Of a DNA stretch of 64,000 nucleotides, positions 48,543 through 62,270 are shown in pieces. A program made the translations under genes and the position numbers. Below the pieces are notes generated by a model. It did not search any database. It saw only the letters and a list, made by a program, of their open reading frames with translations, and had not been told where the DNA came from. This DNA comes from Azolla caroliniana (taxonomy: Eukaryota; Plantae; Polypodiophyta), in the NCBI GenBank assembly GCA_043228905.1, contig JBHGNT010000011.1:13578001-13642000 (forward strand). Direction: 5' to 3'. The first letter of the stretch is position 1, and each line of letters begins with the position of its first letter.

Positions 48543-51500
48543 GTACAATATCCGTAAGCCTTTAGAGCTCTCTTATATAGGAAGAGTGCAAATGTTGCAA
48601 ACATGGTACTTGGAACCTCAAGTCACAAACATGCATTATAAGACCAACTGTTAAAGAAACTTTTACTGTTCAATCAATTGTCACACTCCTATTATTCAGA
48701 TTGTAGATGTAATCCAATTATAGACATATTAACATGTCAAAGATCATGAACAGATGTACAAAAAGAATTCATAGAACTTGCAAATGGTGTTCGCATATTA
48801 TTTCAATACTTGGGCCACTGGCAACAAAATTTCATGCAGTATAAGTTCTTAGGAGTCTAGACTCAAAAGGGCTTGACAATCCGTGATATTTTCTTCGCCC
48901 ATTACCACTGCCACAAGCTTTTACAAATTCCTTGCACTGTTTCGGCCTCCTTTGCACGTTTATGAATTTTCTGTGGATGGCAATTCTTGCTTGTTCGAGA
49001 ATTATATTTAGAATCATGAGTTTAGTTTCTGTAACGTTAACATTCTTGAGATCATGATTTTCAGAGTATTTGTCCTCATATGAGTCTTGCTGCAATATCC
49101 ATTCATCAACACAGTCTTTGAATGGAAAATTAAGTGTCCCTGGTTCTCTTGCTCCTCAAACTTAATTGACCAACTCTTTGCTTTTGTGCATTTGATCGTC
49201 CTGCTGAATTTAATTTGTACTACTAACTTGCTTTGTATATGGATTAGTATTTAATTAGTCTAATTGATATACTTGCTAATAAACCTACTACAGGCAGAGA
49301 AAAATCCTTCATTGGAGTATAGTCATTTCATCTCAGTGCCCCTAGCTTCGCATCAAAACCTTGTGGAGCATGTGAGGAACTTTCGCGAGTCTGTACTGGT
49401 TGATGAAAAGGAGGCAAACAACTATGTTAGCTGGTTTCCGAAAACAGTCAGTAAAGAGAATTCCAATTTGAAAATTCCAAATTCTCTGAAGGTTCCAAAA
49501 ATCAAGGGATTGCACATAATGGATCCTGATTTAGAGGGATTGTTCAGTGATGAGGACTCTTCAGATGAGGAAGAAGAAAACAACTTTGAATCAAACACGA
49601 AACGTAAGTTAGATTTTTCTACCAGAAGATGCATAGATATGTGATCCTGGTTTCATTTTATCATGTAATTGCTGATTTTCCATTTGGTCTATGTTTGACT
49701 ACGTTTGTGATTTCAACCATGTTATTATTAACTATCAAGATGGATTGCATGGTTTTCAGAGATGCTTGGATTTGGAATGTGTAGATTTAATTGATAACTG
49801 CATCTTGAAGCTGTGATTATAGATATCCATGTTCTATGCATATAGGTTAGATTTTCCTCTTCAGACAGCCAAGGTAAAAATTACAATAGACGCATTATAT
49901 ATATTTACTCTCTGCATTGTACAGTGAAAGCTGTAGATTACGGAGGTCTCCAGGTGGCAATAGATGCATGGGGAAAATATTATTCTTAGATGCATGCACA
50001 GGTGGTAATACAAATATATCATTGTCCTTTTGTACAAAACTCTGAAAGATAAGTGATATGATCTTTGCAGGAAGCAGGATAAGGAGATCTTTCTTTGTAA
50101 AGCCAGAGACATTCCATTTGACATTTCTAATGCTAAAGCTGTACACTGAACAAAGTGTTCATTTGGCTGCTGAGGTTTTGCAGGTATAAATTGGATAATT
50201 TTACCTACATCCTTATGTATCTATTTATTTCAATGCATTAAGGTTTGGGTCTCATTAAATGAAAGGATTTGTGGTTTTGTTACCGTAAGACCAAAAATGC
50301 TTTTTGTCTGAGAGGTGCCACAACATAATAAGTGAGGGAATTGTGATCGGAAAATCTATGTTTTAACCTTTCTTTCTATTGAGTTCAAGGAGGAATCTTG
50401 CTGCTGTATGATATGAAAATTGTAATGGTATGCTCTGGTGATAGCGTAAAGCTATAGAGATATTTTAAAGTAACTATCCGAGAACTACTCACAAGGCTGG
50501 AAAAGAGATGAAGGTTGATTTATAGGGCTTCAAGCAGTTTGTGGGACAAAGTTCCTTTGATGGGATGGATCTTTGTTCATAGATTTAACCCCAGCAACTC
50601 TAGCTTAGTTGTAGGACAAAAGAAAGGCTGTAGTTCTGAAGCCAGCATACAATTTACTAGTATAAAACAGATATCATCTATTTGAGAACCTTCAAGTGAA
50701 ATAAGTTGCTGAGAAATGTCAATGTCTTGCAAGGATTAACTAGAGAAAAAGATTGGTCTGCAGAGGTACTATTTAATTTTATTGATTTTTTTTGTATAGC
50801 AGCAGGCTCTAGTAAACGGTTTCTCTTGAATTGTTAAGCTTACATTTTGTACGTCCTCTTTATTCATGTTTCCAATGGATATTTTCATGCTAGTCATACT
50901 TCTTGCATTTCCCAGACTCTCTCTATATCTTTTTATTAAAGAGGTGAGTGCTATGTATATCTCTTGAGAAAAATTGAGACTGCATGTAAAGCTACCAAGA
51001 ACATTCCTCTGTATGGATTATATTTGTTATATTTATTGTAAGTTTGATACTACATTGATTTGTATAGGGGGTACAACCCAAAGTATTGGAAGTTTTGAAT
51101 GGGCACGAACCAAAGGTGCACTTGAGAGGCATAGTAAGTATCAAAATCTTTGGTCCTTGTAATTTAAAATAAAGTTTCTTTGATAATTCAAACTTGTTTG
51201 TTGAATGACTAGAGTAAATTATGATTTAAGATTACGTGCTGATTTACATACTTGAATAGTTAGGAAAAAGGAAGTTACTATCTAGAAAATGCTACATTGA
51301 GCTTTGGCTGTTGAGGCTTCACATTAGTCTCGATTAGGTATGTATTTATCATGTTACAGTTATCCTGCTACAGGGCGAAGGAAACTTCCATGGTTTATCC
51401 CATGTGTCTGGATATAGATATATAAGATACAAGGAAAAAAGTTGTATCATATGTAGATTTTGCATTTGAATCAAGGTGCAGTGCTTCATGGCTATTTTAT

Positions 51501-53505
51501 TATATGAAACAGCAATGGTCTTTAGAATTGCACATAAATTTGTGACAAAATCTGAAATGTTTTGGGCATAACAGGATAATTGATTTGAAGTTTATTGTAG
51601 TTTTCTTTTCAATTTGGCTAATGTAGGCAACATTTTTTTATCATGTTTCTATTGATATTTGAACCAAAGATGGGTCATCTCTAAAGCACTGTTGGCTATT
51701 GTATTGTCTCCACAGGGAATGGGCTGTCTAGAATCATAATCACTTAAATCACAGATGAAACAAGCCCTAAGTCTTACAATTCAAGAATAAATTCAAGTTT
51801 TATAAAGTCTTTCTTCAAATGGACTAATATAGCCAACCTTTGATTGCTATCATTATTATGAAATAAATGTATGTTTTCCCTGAATAATGACAGTTGGACA
51901 TATTCTGTTTGATGGCTTCATTCCCTTGGTCGAGCCCGTGATTCCATAGGCTATGCATGCTGAAAAGTATATGAGCTTCATATGTTTTACCTACTGCATT
52001 GTAGTAGTGGTCTCATTGTTCTCTCTGTTTTTGGAAGGTCTGCTACTCTTTGAAGCCTATAACCATCAGCAAATTCCAAAATTTCTGACACTTCAAATAT
52101 TTAGGAAGCCAGTGCTTTGTTTCTCGCTCAAATTCTTCTTTGTTTTCAGAAATCCCCTGAAACGTCTGCAACTAATGTATAAAATATGCTTTATTTATTT
52201 ATTCCATATATCTGACATTAAAATGAAACCATAAAGCAGAACTGTTGATTAGAATATATTATCAGATATTTTTCTTGTCAGTGTTTTTTCTTGCTTCCCT
52301 TGCTTTTAAAATCTCTGCATTCTGGATTCACCTATATCAAAGATCTTTGAAAGACAAAAGTTACAATTTATCTGGCTTGAGAATCCTAGATGTATAGATA
52401 ACTGGATTCCTCAGTCGCTTTTGTTTTTATTTACTTTTTTGCTCATTTTTATTTATTTTGTTTTGAAAAACGAGACGCCATATTAAGATATAATCTCGTT
52501 TGACCTTATAGGCCATTTTTGCCTCTACAAAGATGTTAATATCTTTATTTTTTTCTCCTGTCCTGAACCTTTACCTTCTGGCTATATTCTTATTCCATGC
52601 CTTTATTTTTATTGTGGTGTCATTTGTAGGAAAATCTACGAGGGAATCCTGCTGAGGCACGGGTGATATATATGAGAGTACATGAAGTCAACCCAGACAA
52701 TCCATTTCATCGAGCTTGTTGTATCCTTATGTAGATTATGTCTTAAAAAAATATTACTGAGGTTAGAGTTAGATGGATCAATGCACATGCATGAGAACAT
52801 GATGTTCTGCTGAGTTTCTCTGAATGTGCACAACAATCTTTATTTGTTGTTGACCTCCATATGGAGAAATTATGAAAAGGACATCCTTTTTGGTTACTTA
52901 GACATTAATCGAGCCATACTATATTTGTGTACCTTAAGAAGAAAACAGATGTGATAAGGGATGCATTTATAGATGCTGGCCTTGTTGCTGCCAAGGACAG
53001 GTCACAAGAAGTAAAGGTTATTATAAAAACATAGGAGGCCTCAGTCTCTTTACTTTTTATACGTCACCCAATTTTTTGTGATTTCTCACTCTGCCACTTT
53101 GCATTACAGATTAGTATGTAAAAATGGTTAAAACACTTCTGACTATTTCTATATGTCCAATTGCAGCTACATGCAACATTAATGAATGCAAACTATGCCC
53201 CAAGGTGAGATGCATACTTGAAACCTGTTTTGTAATTTGTCATAATATTGCCTTTTTGCAAGTCCTAGAAAACATGAGCAATTATTTGTCATGGCCATAG
53301 ATTGGATACAAGGTACTTCGATGCAAGGAAACTATTGATGAAACACCGAAATGAGGATTGGGGTGAATATACCATGAAGGAAGTCCACCTATCCCAGAGG
53401 TTTTTCTATGATCCAAATGGTTATTACCGGTGCTGTGGTTCTTTGGAACTACCTCAGTTAGTCTCTGACAATATCGAAGTGAAGAATGAAGCATCAGAGA
53501 TTTAG
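43350..53505 (+). CDS. ASCC1: KH-domain + 2H-phosphoesterase protein (ASCC1 / eukaryotic LigT-like), ~474 aa. Exons 43350-43393, 43536-43566, 43661-43757, 44008-44174, 46811-46848, 46923-47011, 47831-47898, 49294-49603, 50071-50183, 51068-51133, 52630-52720, 52949-53016, 53167-53204, 53301-53505
   Basis: KH motif LGLVIGRRGATLNSIQKATKARIKIP. YSHFISVPL. Two HxT motifs (FHLTFLMLKL, LHATLMN). C-terminal FDARKLL..DWGEY..VHLSQRF..GYYRCC. All 13 GT-AG junctions are phase-compatible (1425 nt). Extra small exons near 49860-50000 cannot be excluded. Confidence 0.88.
45086..45758 (+). repeat. Intronic degenerate tandem repeat, ~4 x 170 bp
   Basis: Recurring TGCTTGCTC..CTCACCCAGC..TGTAATCCTC..TGAGATGT..TTATCACAAGTTTTGTGAAGGCA. 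Units start near 45086, 45259, 45426 and 45596. Confidence 0.85.
52721..52948 (+). other. U12-type (minor spliceosome) GT-AG intron
   Basis: Donor GTATCCTT. Branch-site-like TACCTTAAG at 52930-52938, ~10 nt before CAG. No polypyrimidine tract. Confidence 0.8.
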
Positions 53506-53873
53506 ATGAGGAATTGGAGTCGGTTTATGATTTCAAAATTTCTTACAAAGGAACTCAAATAGAGTGAATCATGTAGTGGATGTACATATTCTACTTTAAG
53601 GGATCAAACAACAATCTTGCACAGACAAAAAGCTCTACTTTGTGTAAGGGGTTTAACCACAATGTTGCACAGCAAAAGGTTGAAAAATCTTGAGAACATA
53701 CTATTTTTCTCCTCTGAAACGGAGCTTGTTTTTGCTTAAGATTACTTATGCTACCTCAAGGCACAAATCTTTGAGCACCATAATGGTCACAAGGAAGTGT
53801 CTGTTTGTAATGGGTAGGATGGTATCTTTATCAGACTTCTCTACCTTTCGAGTTTGGAAGGCAGACTAGCCTT

Positions 53874-54052
53874 GCTGCTATGATGCATGGCTTATTGAAA
53901 GTATGGCATATGGTGTATGCCAACTCAAATAGACGCTGCTGATGTTGAATTTATGTTTAGCTGCTATGATCCATGGCTTATTGAAAGTATGGCATATGGT
54001 GTATGCCAACTCAAATAGACGCTGCTGATGTTGAACTGGTTAATTTATGTTT
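53874..54052 (+). repeat. 86-bp tandem duplication downstream of the ASCC1-like stop (probable 3' UTR)
   Basis: GCTGCTATGAT(G/C)CATGGCTTATTGAAAG...GATGTTGAA occurs twice. Confidence 0.9.
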
Positions 54053-57000
54053 AGTTGGATGCCCTATATTGTGTCTTGATGCTCCGGTTCAGGACATTTT
54101 CCTTTTCTAACGTAGCATTTAAAGGTTTATGTTAATGTTTGATTGGACATCTAAAACAAGAAACAGTATTCCAAGTGGAAAGATGTTAATGGCTGTACAC
54201 CTATTAACCACTCAATACGTACACGGGCAAAGAGAGTATTAGTCGACTATGAAAGAATATCTGAGGGCTTATGTTGCAGGCACTTTCCTGGTTTGCAATT
54301 TTGTATTAGTACGAATTACTAATATATTAGTGTCAATTTAAATGCAAACAATTTAGGGTTATGGAAAATCCAAAATGTAAAGGACAAGGAAAAAGTTGCC
54401 CACTGCATGACCATGAGTAACTAAAAATCGGTTGCTATTATACATAGCTTCGCATGCAGTAAACACAACTTGGATGAGGTTTCTGTATGAACCCATCCAA
54501 CTACTTGTGTCGAGGATACATTATCAAAATATAAAGACTTCCCAGCACTAAATGCAGTTCACATTTGAAGAATGCATAATTTGACATCGTTTTTTATTAA
54601 AGGGTTATTTAATAACTAATATAACATCTGGCATATCAATTGTGATTGACTGTCCTTCCAATACACTTGTACACATTAGACCTTAGACAAGCTCATATTT
54701 TGCTTCTGTGAGAAAAAGTCAAGTTTCTTTTTGTCTATACGTTGCAGGTAAAAGTTATTGAACTCTAAGTTTCTTTTTTGTCTAACATGTACAATTGGGG
54801 CAAGTTTCTTGAGTACCTTTGCTGGACAATCGGCTAGACAAAAAAAAAACTTGATTACCTTTACTTCAATAACTTTACAATTGGCATGAACCATCAATAT
54901 GTATATATGGTTATACATAAATAATGTGCTCATAAGGTCAATGGTGGGTGGCTTTTTGTAGCACTCACTAACTTGTGACCTTGTCAAAACGTTATTAAAA
55001 TTGCATTTCCCATATCTTTGATTATACTTTGGTTTTAATGGGTTGGGGAAAACTAACAAGAATACTCATCATGTTTCTTGAAAACTTGAGATACCCTGTT
55101 TGCAATACTTTTATTTGCTAATATAATATTAATTAAAATTAAAGAATGGTAAAAGATTTCATTATACCCATACACTAGACTCTAGAGTGGAAACAAGAAT
55201 AGCTTTCCAATGATTGCGCAATGATGTAACATTGTATGTAAAACGATATAGAATGAATAGTCAAGAAAACATTGTTTGTGGGTTGAGATTCGAGAACCAC
55301 ACTAACAGAGTTATTGGCCAAAAACAATTTTAGACCAAAACATTAATGATATATCATTTTATTACCCTTGGCTTCGATAGAGAGTTGCCTAAAGGTAGAG
55401 AGAGACTCCATCTTTTTGTGAGTTTCAAAAAAACTTTCAATATAATGCCAAGCAAAGAACCCTAAGAATGTATGTATGACAAAACTTTTTCAGTGTGTAA
55501 GCTCTTTAAAATACTCTTCAGATACTTGGATATTGATGATCTAAAAAACCATATTTTGCGAACATGCCAAAATGCTATTTTAAAGGTAGTAAAGCAAGCA
55601 AATGCAATTTAACTAACCTTTGTACATGGCAAACAAAGATTAGACACTTGGTTGTAGTTCATATTCCAACTTTTGCTAGGTGCAGTGGGATCAAGGCAAG
55701 AATTATGTACTCAATAGCGCTCCTTAAAATGGGCAAGACACATTGAACTTAAGGTTGTTAAGAGAAACTATTGTTACATCCCTACTCACTCAAAAGGGTA
55801 TTAAAACGGACTCTTATTTAAAGGGTGGTTATTTTATCATATAAATATTATTCATAGACCCCATTCTCTTGGACTCCAACTATAGATTATAATGCATTTG
55901 TTTATGTCGACTCTCAAGTATGGACATGACACCCCCTTTTTTGCGATCAACTTGGAAGCTTGGGGGAGAACTTGTATTGGCTCTATAGTTGGGGGTGCGT
56001 TGACTTGATGCCTACCCATCCTTCTTGATGTTTTGAATAGAATGACATAATACATTACTAGTGTATGAAGGAAATTAATGCATACCTAGGTAGGCGATGA
56101 ATATTTAATATTGTAATTAATTATATGCGGTGGTATGAAAAACAACAACGATTAGCCTTCATCCAATAATGATCATCCTCTGCCTTTCTTGAGTTAGTGG
56201 GCCTCCATATAAGATGGAACTATCGTGTCCCTACTGGGATTTGTATATAACATGATCATCTGTAAACTTTTATAACTGACGGAAGGAGTTTTTTTGGGGG
56301 GAAAAAAAACTTTCCCCATAATATTTAATTCATAGCCAACATAAATAATCACTAACCAAAGCCAAAATTTGGTGTATGCTATAGTGTCTACACTAGATGC
56401 ATCATGACACTAAAATTTCTTTTGGATATCTTCAACTTGGCATTTGTAGTTTTCCTTGCTTAATTGGTAATCCCTCATGAATGGGATAATCTTCCAACAA
56501 CTCTTTGTCAGTAGTGGAGAAATAAGTGACCGGAACATAGTTTTTTGTGCTATATAATCATACAAAAAGAACATTTGGGTCATATTGTAAATATCATGAC
56601 CACCAACAAGTTGATTGTAAAGTTGAGGGGCCATATGTTAAGCTCGTAATGTGTCGATGTTTAGGATGTGTGAAAGCGTTTTACGTCTTTTAGATTTGGA
56701 CTCATTTTTGTTGTACAATTATTGAGAATGACAAGCACATATTCCTTGTCTACCGAGTTGTTAAAGTCAAATTGTTATATAAAATCTTTGGGTATCGTTC
56801 GCTACGAAACTTTTGTCATCGTTTCTTTTTATTGGGTCTTCTCCCAAGCTTGTAGTTACTACATTTTAGATGGTTCATGTTGACATAATGTCCCCTATAG
56901 TGTATGTAGTAGGGACAAGAAGGGTACAACCACGTTCCATAGGGGTCCCTAAAATGGTTTATTAATTAATTACCAACAAAAAAAAAGTGTTGTAATATGG

Positions 57001-58035
57001 CCAAATGATGAGATGCTTATGTACAAAACCAAGATGCCAAGTTGGACCTTAGTAGGATTGAGTTGTGAGATTGTAGTGTAAAGCAAAAGCTTGACCCCTA
57101 GTAGGACTTAGTTGTAAGATTATGGTGTAAAGCAAAATAAAAAGAATTATAATATTTTTCCTTGGCCCAACATATAAGGTACTTGTCAAGAAAATAAGGA
57201 TGCCAAGTTGGGCCCCTAGTAGGATTGAATTGTGCAAAGTCTAGATTATAAGATTTTAAAGTCATGAGAATTCTCAATTTGTAAGGTCTTTATAAGAGAA
57301 TGTGTATAATTCATGCATTGCACTTGTTAGTGTACAAAAGTTAGGTTTCCATGTGTAATTTTAAACTCTTAAGACTTTGTTGGTAAGTAAGTACACTAAA
57401 TTAACCCCACAAGTTTGTAGAACTTTCACAATTCTCAAACATATGGGTTTCTTTGCCTACTTGATCAATCTTTTAGTTGGCAAATCACGTTGTCGTGAAG
57501 ATTTTCGGCAATAGTGTGAAAATCCCATAAAACGTACAAAATCGAGTATAAATCACATAATACAATAATTGTGAAGATAACATTTTAAATAAATTTAATA
57601 TCTAAGTACAAAATGATGGAGGTTTCGAATGCACTTTATTACATGAGAAACGGACAACTAAATGTCAAGATATGAGGGTATAAAGTTTGTGAAAGGAAAA
57701 GAGAAATTTGTGAGATATCCCACATAGGCACGACAAATACGGCTCTCATCATATATAAGGTAGAGCAAAAGATATTATCTTTGTGTCTATGTGTGGAGCA
57801 TAGAGAGTTCAAGCTAACTTAAACTAAGAGTGGAGGTGGGCTATCTACTCGTAAATGGTTTTGGCCAACCAAAACAGGACCGGCGATGGAGCTGGTGATC
57901 CGGCAGCAACCGGCGAGGCACCGGTAACCGACGGCACCCGGCGGCGGCACCGGTACCTGGCGGCAACCAACGAACCGGCGTCCGACGACTAGATAAATAA
58001 ATATATAAATATATATACATACATACATATACAAG

Positions 58036-58103
58036 GAGGGCAAGTAAGGATTCAAACCTTGCACCTCCAAGTTAGGAGTCAATTGGCTTACCATTAAGCC
58101 ATG
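58036..58103 (-). other. tRNA-derived (SINE-head-like) sequence
   Basis: D-arm GGCT-TAATGGTA-AGCC, loop CTCCTAA, T-arm AAGG-TTTGAAT-CCTT, followed by a (TATG)/(TA) tail. Acceptor stem not intact. Confidence 0.55.
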
Positions 58104-58567
58104 CTATTTAGTTAAATTTATATTTCTATCATTGTACTTTTACATGTAAATTCTCATACATGAGAGCTAAAATGAGTGACATGGTTATCATGCACCACAT
58201 GTAATACATAAGCACCAAATGACAAACATGCAATTTATGCATGTCTTATACCCTCACATGCATCACATGCATGAGAGCATCTATAAAAGAAGGAAGGGGG
58301 AGGAGAAAAAACACGTTTTTTTTTATGAAATTAAGAAGAAGAAATTCGTTATCAAATTGATGGTGTAACTTGTTTCTTAAATCCAAAGATAAAAGTTCAA
58401 TCAATCTCTCTCAATCGTTTAATCTCAACTTCTCTCTTTCCCAATCTATCTTAAGTACTTTCTCGCCAAAGCTTGTACCGACTTTGAATCCTTCCGATCC
58501 AGAACCCCGGCGGTTCCGCCTCACGATCCGCGCGTAGTGACGGATCTTCACGACAACGTCAAAACAC

Positions 58568-59111
58568 ACTTCCCTCAAATAGTCTTTGCAACAGTGCAAT
58601 CTTTTAAAGTGGGGGGAATATGTTGTGTGCATTATCATAACTAATTATGAGATAGGTTTTCCGTAGTTTCCCTAATCTTATGATGAGTAACATGCGGGTT
58701 AATTCGAAAAGGAACGAAGTTATGACTTGTAATATTCAATTATATAGTGTGGGATAACTATTAAGTGTGTTATCACTTGACCACTTCGCATAAAGTAGTC
58801 AAGTGTGAACACAATAGGACCTAATGTGTCTGCCTATACAAGAAGGCTAACAACCTTCTTTTCAAGGAGGCTTGACTTATGTTGAGACTATGACAGTGTG
58901 GCTATAACGCTTGTTAACTAAGCACGCACGATCCCCCCAAAACCCAAGGTACGAATCATATCAAGGCTCGATGGTATGGGACATCGAGGAGGTTCGGGTC
59001 CGTTTCGTGCTGTTACTAGGGGTTTTGGCACCCCTCTTTCCTTGCTTTGGTCTATAATTCCTTATATTTTGTGTAATTAATTAGTTAGGCTCTAACAGTT
59101 GGTATAAGAGC
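58568..59111 (+). mobile_element. Chromovirus 3' end + PPT + ~477-bp LTR-like segment (58621-59097) followed by a Met-type PBS
   Basis: 58568-58630 resembles the reverse complement of 61920-61982. PPT AAAGTGGGGGGAATA precedes TGTTG. CTAACA-GT-TGGTATAAGAGC at 59092-59111. Confidence 0.55.
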
Positions 59112-59722
59112 ATACTAATTTTTTTTCATGTTTTCACTAGTTCTTTTTTATCCCTGGAGTAACAAACGAGGGACAACCTCTCAATCCAAGAACAAGTGGA
59201 GTGTGAAGTACTTCTTATGAGTCTATGTGTATTTGAGTGCTCTAATTTGTGTTCCTTGTGGGATCACTTATACTTTGGTGATTATGGTAGTGTTTTTATA
59301 TCTGTATAATAAGATTAGGGAAAACTACGGAAAAGCTATCTCATGATCAGTTATGGTTATGCAAGTGACATCAACCCCCCAAAAAACAACATTTCCCCAA
59401 GAAGGACATTTATGGGTAGCATGTGACCAAATTGACCTCAATCAAGGTTGATTTGAAGACCTTCAATGCCTTAGCATGATTCAATGGTGAGCTATAACAT
59501 AGGAAACCCTTTGACTCATTAGAGATCAGTAATCAATGGCAGTATCGTTAATGTATGATTATGGAAACAGAAGCCATTCAATGGTAAGGTTGATGGCTAG
59601 CGAAAAAGAACAAGGGTTTTGAATCTTGTTCCAAAATCAAGCACATCATATACTTTTCCTAACTCACATCGAACAAACAAACTTCACTTAGTCAACTTCA
59701 TGATACATCACATTGTCCTCAT

Positions 59723-60152
59723 CATTGTTGTTAAAAAACGTGTGCTTTATAGATAGAGTACGTTTTAGAATACCCACACGTATTCTAAACGTATTCAACC
59801 TTTTGGAACTGCCATTTTTTCTAAGCCTAAATTTGTAAATAATTTAAAAATTAATTTTCTAGGGCTTTTTTAGTAGAGAAAAAGAAAATAATTATGTAAA
59901 TATTGAAACACCATTTATCCATGGGCAATAAAGATAATTGGTATTTACTATATAATATTCAAATTCCAAGTATCTTTGCATTCAACATCAATGATGTTTA
60001 AGTATTCGATGTATTCAACGTACTCAACGTATTCAACATATTTTACCTTTAAATACGTATTCTAAGAACTTATAAATTTTTTTTAGAATACTTATAAAAT
60101 ACGTAGCATACGTATTGTACGCGTACGGTATGCTACGTATGTTACAACCATG
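59723..60152. mobile_element. Non-autonomous hAT-type MITE, 430 bp
   Basis: 8-bp TSD GTCCTCAT (59715-59722 and 60153-60160). Imperfect 11-bp TIR CATTGTTGTTA / TTACAACCATG. Subterminal (T)ACGTATTC repeats. Confidence 0.85.
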
Positions 60153-61499
60153 GTCCTCATACACCCATCTTGCTCTTGAGCTCGACAAGGATAACATTCT
60201 TTGATCATTATATACTAGCTAATCAACAAACACTTCAGGATCACCACAAATATCCATCAACATGTGAACACAACATGCACATAAGTTACATATATTTCTA
60301 AATATTTTGTTAGAATTGCAAGTATTGAGAGTTGAGATAATATCACTTTGATGGGTAGTTGAAATTGGAAGGTGGGGAGTTGCAACCACCATATATTCTA
60401 ATCACAAATTACTATGAAAAGCCAGGCCACATTGTAATATTTTGTATCATTAATAATTTGAGTTTGGAAATATATTTATTTGGGCTTGAATATTGTTAAC
60501 ATTAATGATTAATCTTCTTGATTATATTAATTAAGTAATTCCAATTATATTCTTTGCCTCGTACATGTGATTTGTGGAGATCCTTATTTGTGACTTACCA
60601 ACACATATCAGCTAAAATGCATTGTGGTAAACACATATATGCTAGAAATTTGGGATAAACAAGTACAACTTAACAATTGTTAAGGTCCATGTGTAGGTGA
60701 GACTGAATAATTACAAATGAAAAAAGCATCATAATAGACAGAAAAAGAATATATTAGTTACGATTGGTTTTCTAAAGGGCAACACTGCCATTTGGACTCA
60801 TTGTATTTATGGACATTGTCTCCATGTCAATGTTCTAAAGCCATTAGTTTGGTAGCAATTTTATAGTAAGCATGACATTATGATTAAATTATGTATAACG
60901 AAAGCACAATTAAAGCCATCACTTGAGATTTGAACCCACAATCTTAATATTGCAAAACAATATCTTTACAACAAGGCCTTTATGCTTACATAAAATCGAA
61001 AATTTCACTTTAATTACGAACCCTTATGAATCTATAAGCAATAATCTATAAGATTGTATAAAATCCGTTATGTGGTGTCCTCAATGTGTCCCAACCGGGA
61101 TAGTGTCCCAAAAAATTGAGTAGGACTCACTAGAGTGCCTAGACCCAATCCAAGGAGGGGCACCACCATGGTTTGTCCCAACCTACCAACAATCATATTT
61201 GACCTTATATATGGAAAGGGCATAAGGGATCATTTTCATTCTTTGATTTGCTCATTTGCACAAGGGTGTGTGTGGCGCTCTGTCTTCCTCGCATTATTTT
61301 GGAGCTTTCTCGACTCACATTTTGGTTTTGTCCCATTTATGGGGACTCTTTGTAATATCTAAATTGTGAATAATATAAGAGCATTTTTTGTCTCGTGTTT
61401 GGTCTCCATTTACGTGTTCTTGTGTGTAATAAGTCATCATATTTTTGGGACATGTTAAGAGTCTATTACTAATCAATAGACCAAAATAAAGTAAAATGA

Positions 61500-62270
61500 A
61501 GGAAAATAGATTGGATAGAAGAACCCGTTCCACCCGACCACCCCCGAGCTATGATCTAGACATAGCCAACCTACCATCGACGTCCCATACCACCGGATAT
61601 TAGGATGACTAATACCGTGGAAGAGATAAACACGATCGTCGAGACAAAAGCCTAGCCCCCACCACTAGTGTCTAACACAACAACCTTCCGATGTAATATG
61701 CTTATGAGGGTAGCTAAGCCTCATATTTATACCTTTTCCTAGGCCCCTTGAAAAGATATGCCTTTCTAAAAGGCTCTCCATTCATTGGTTGTCCAAATCA
61801 AGATAGTGCATGCACCTACCATTCCTTCTATCCAATCAGATTAGTCCCCTTTTTAACATTGGTGAACATACCCTTCACTTATGTAAATATTAGTGACCTA
61901 CCCTCACCTACATTATGTGTACATAACATACTCCCCTACTTCAAAAGATTGCATTCTTGCAATATAAAGTGAGGAAATTGTGCCTTAAGAGTATGCTCGT
62001 GTTCCCATGTGGCATCATCAATGGGTTTATCCATCCATTTGATCTTGTATAGCCGAATCTCTTTAGAACGTAAACGTTTAGTACGAGAATCAAGAATACG
62101 TTCAAGAACATGAGGTTTGTAAGAAAAATCCTCTAATGTTACAAGATCTTGGATTGTGACGATGTTATCACCAAAGCCTAAAAATGGTTTTAGACAACTA
62201 ACGTGAAAAACGGGATGAATACCAACGTTACGGGGTAAGGCAAGGTGATAAGTAGATGCCCCAACTCGCT
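61500..62270 (-). mobile_element. 3' fragment of a second chromovirus lineage (integrase C-terminus, chromodomain, PPT, LTR start at 61928)
   Basis: Minus translation RVGASTYHLALP..IHPVFHVSCLKPF..ERILDSR..YKIKWMDKPIDDATWE, then GAAGTAGGGGAGTA-TGTTATG. Left boundary approximate. Confidence 0.8.

Noticed and set aside
49860-50003. Possible extra small exons of the ASCC1-like gene
   Set aside because: I found no phase-consistent stop-free chain using the longer candidate, and direct splicing 49603>50071 keeps the frame. A 9-nt microexon at 49865-49873 cannot be tested without RNA.
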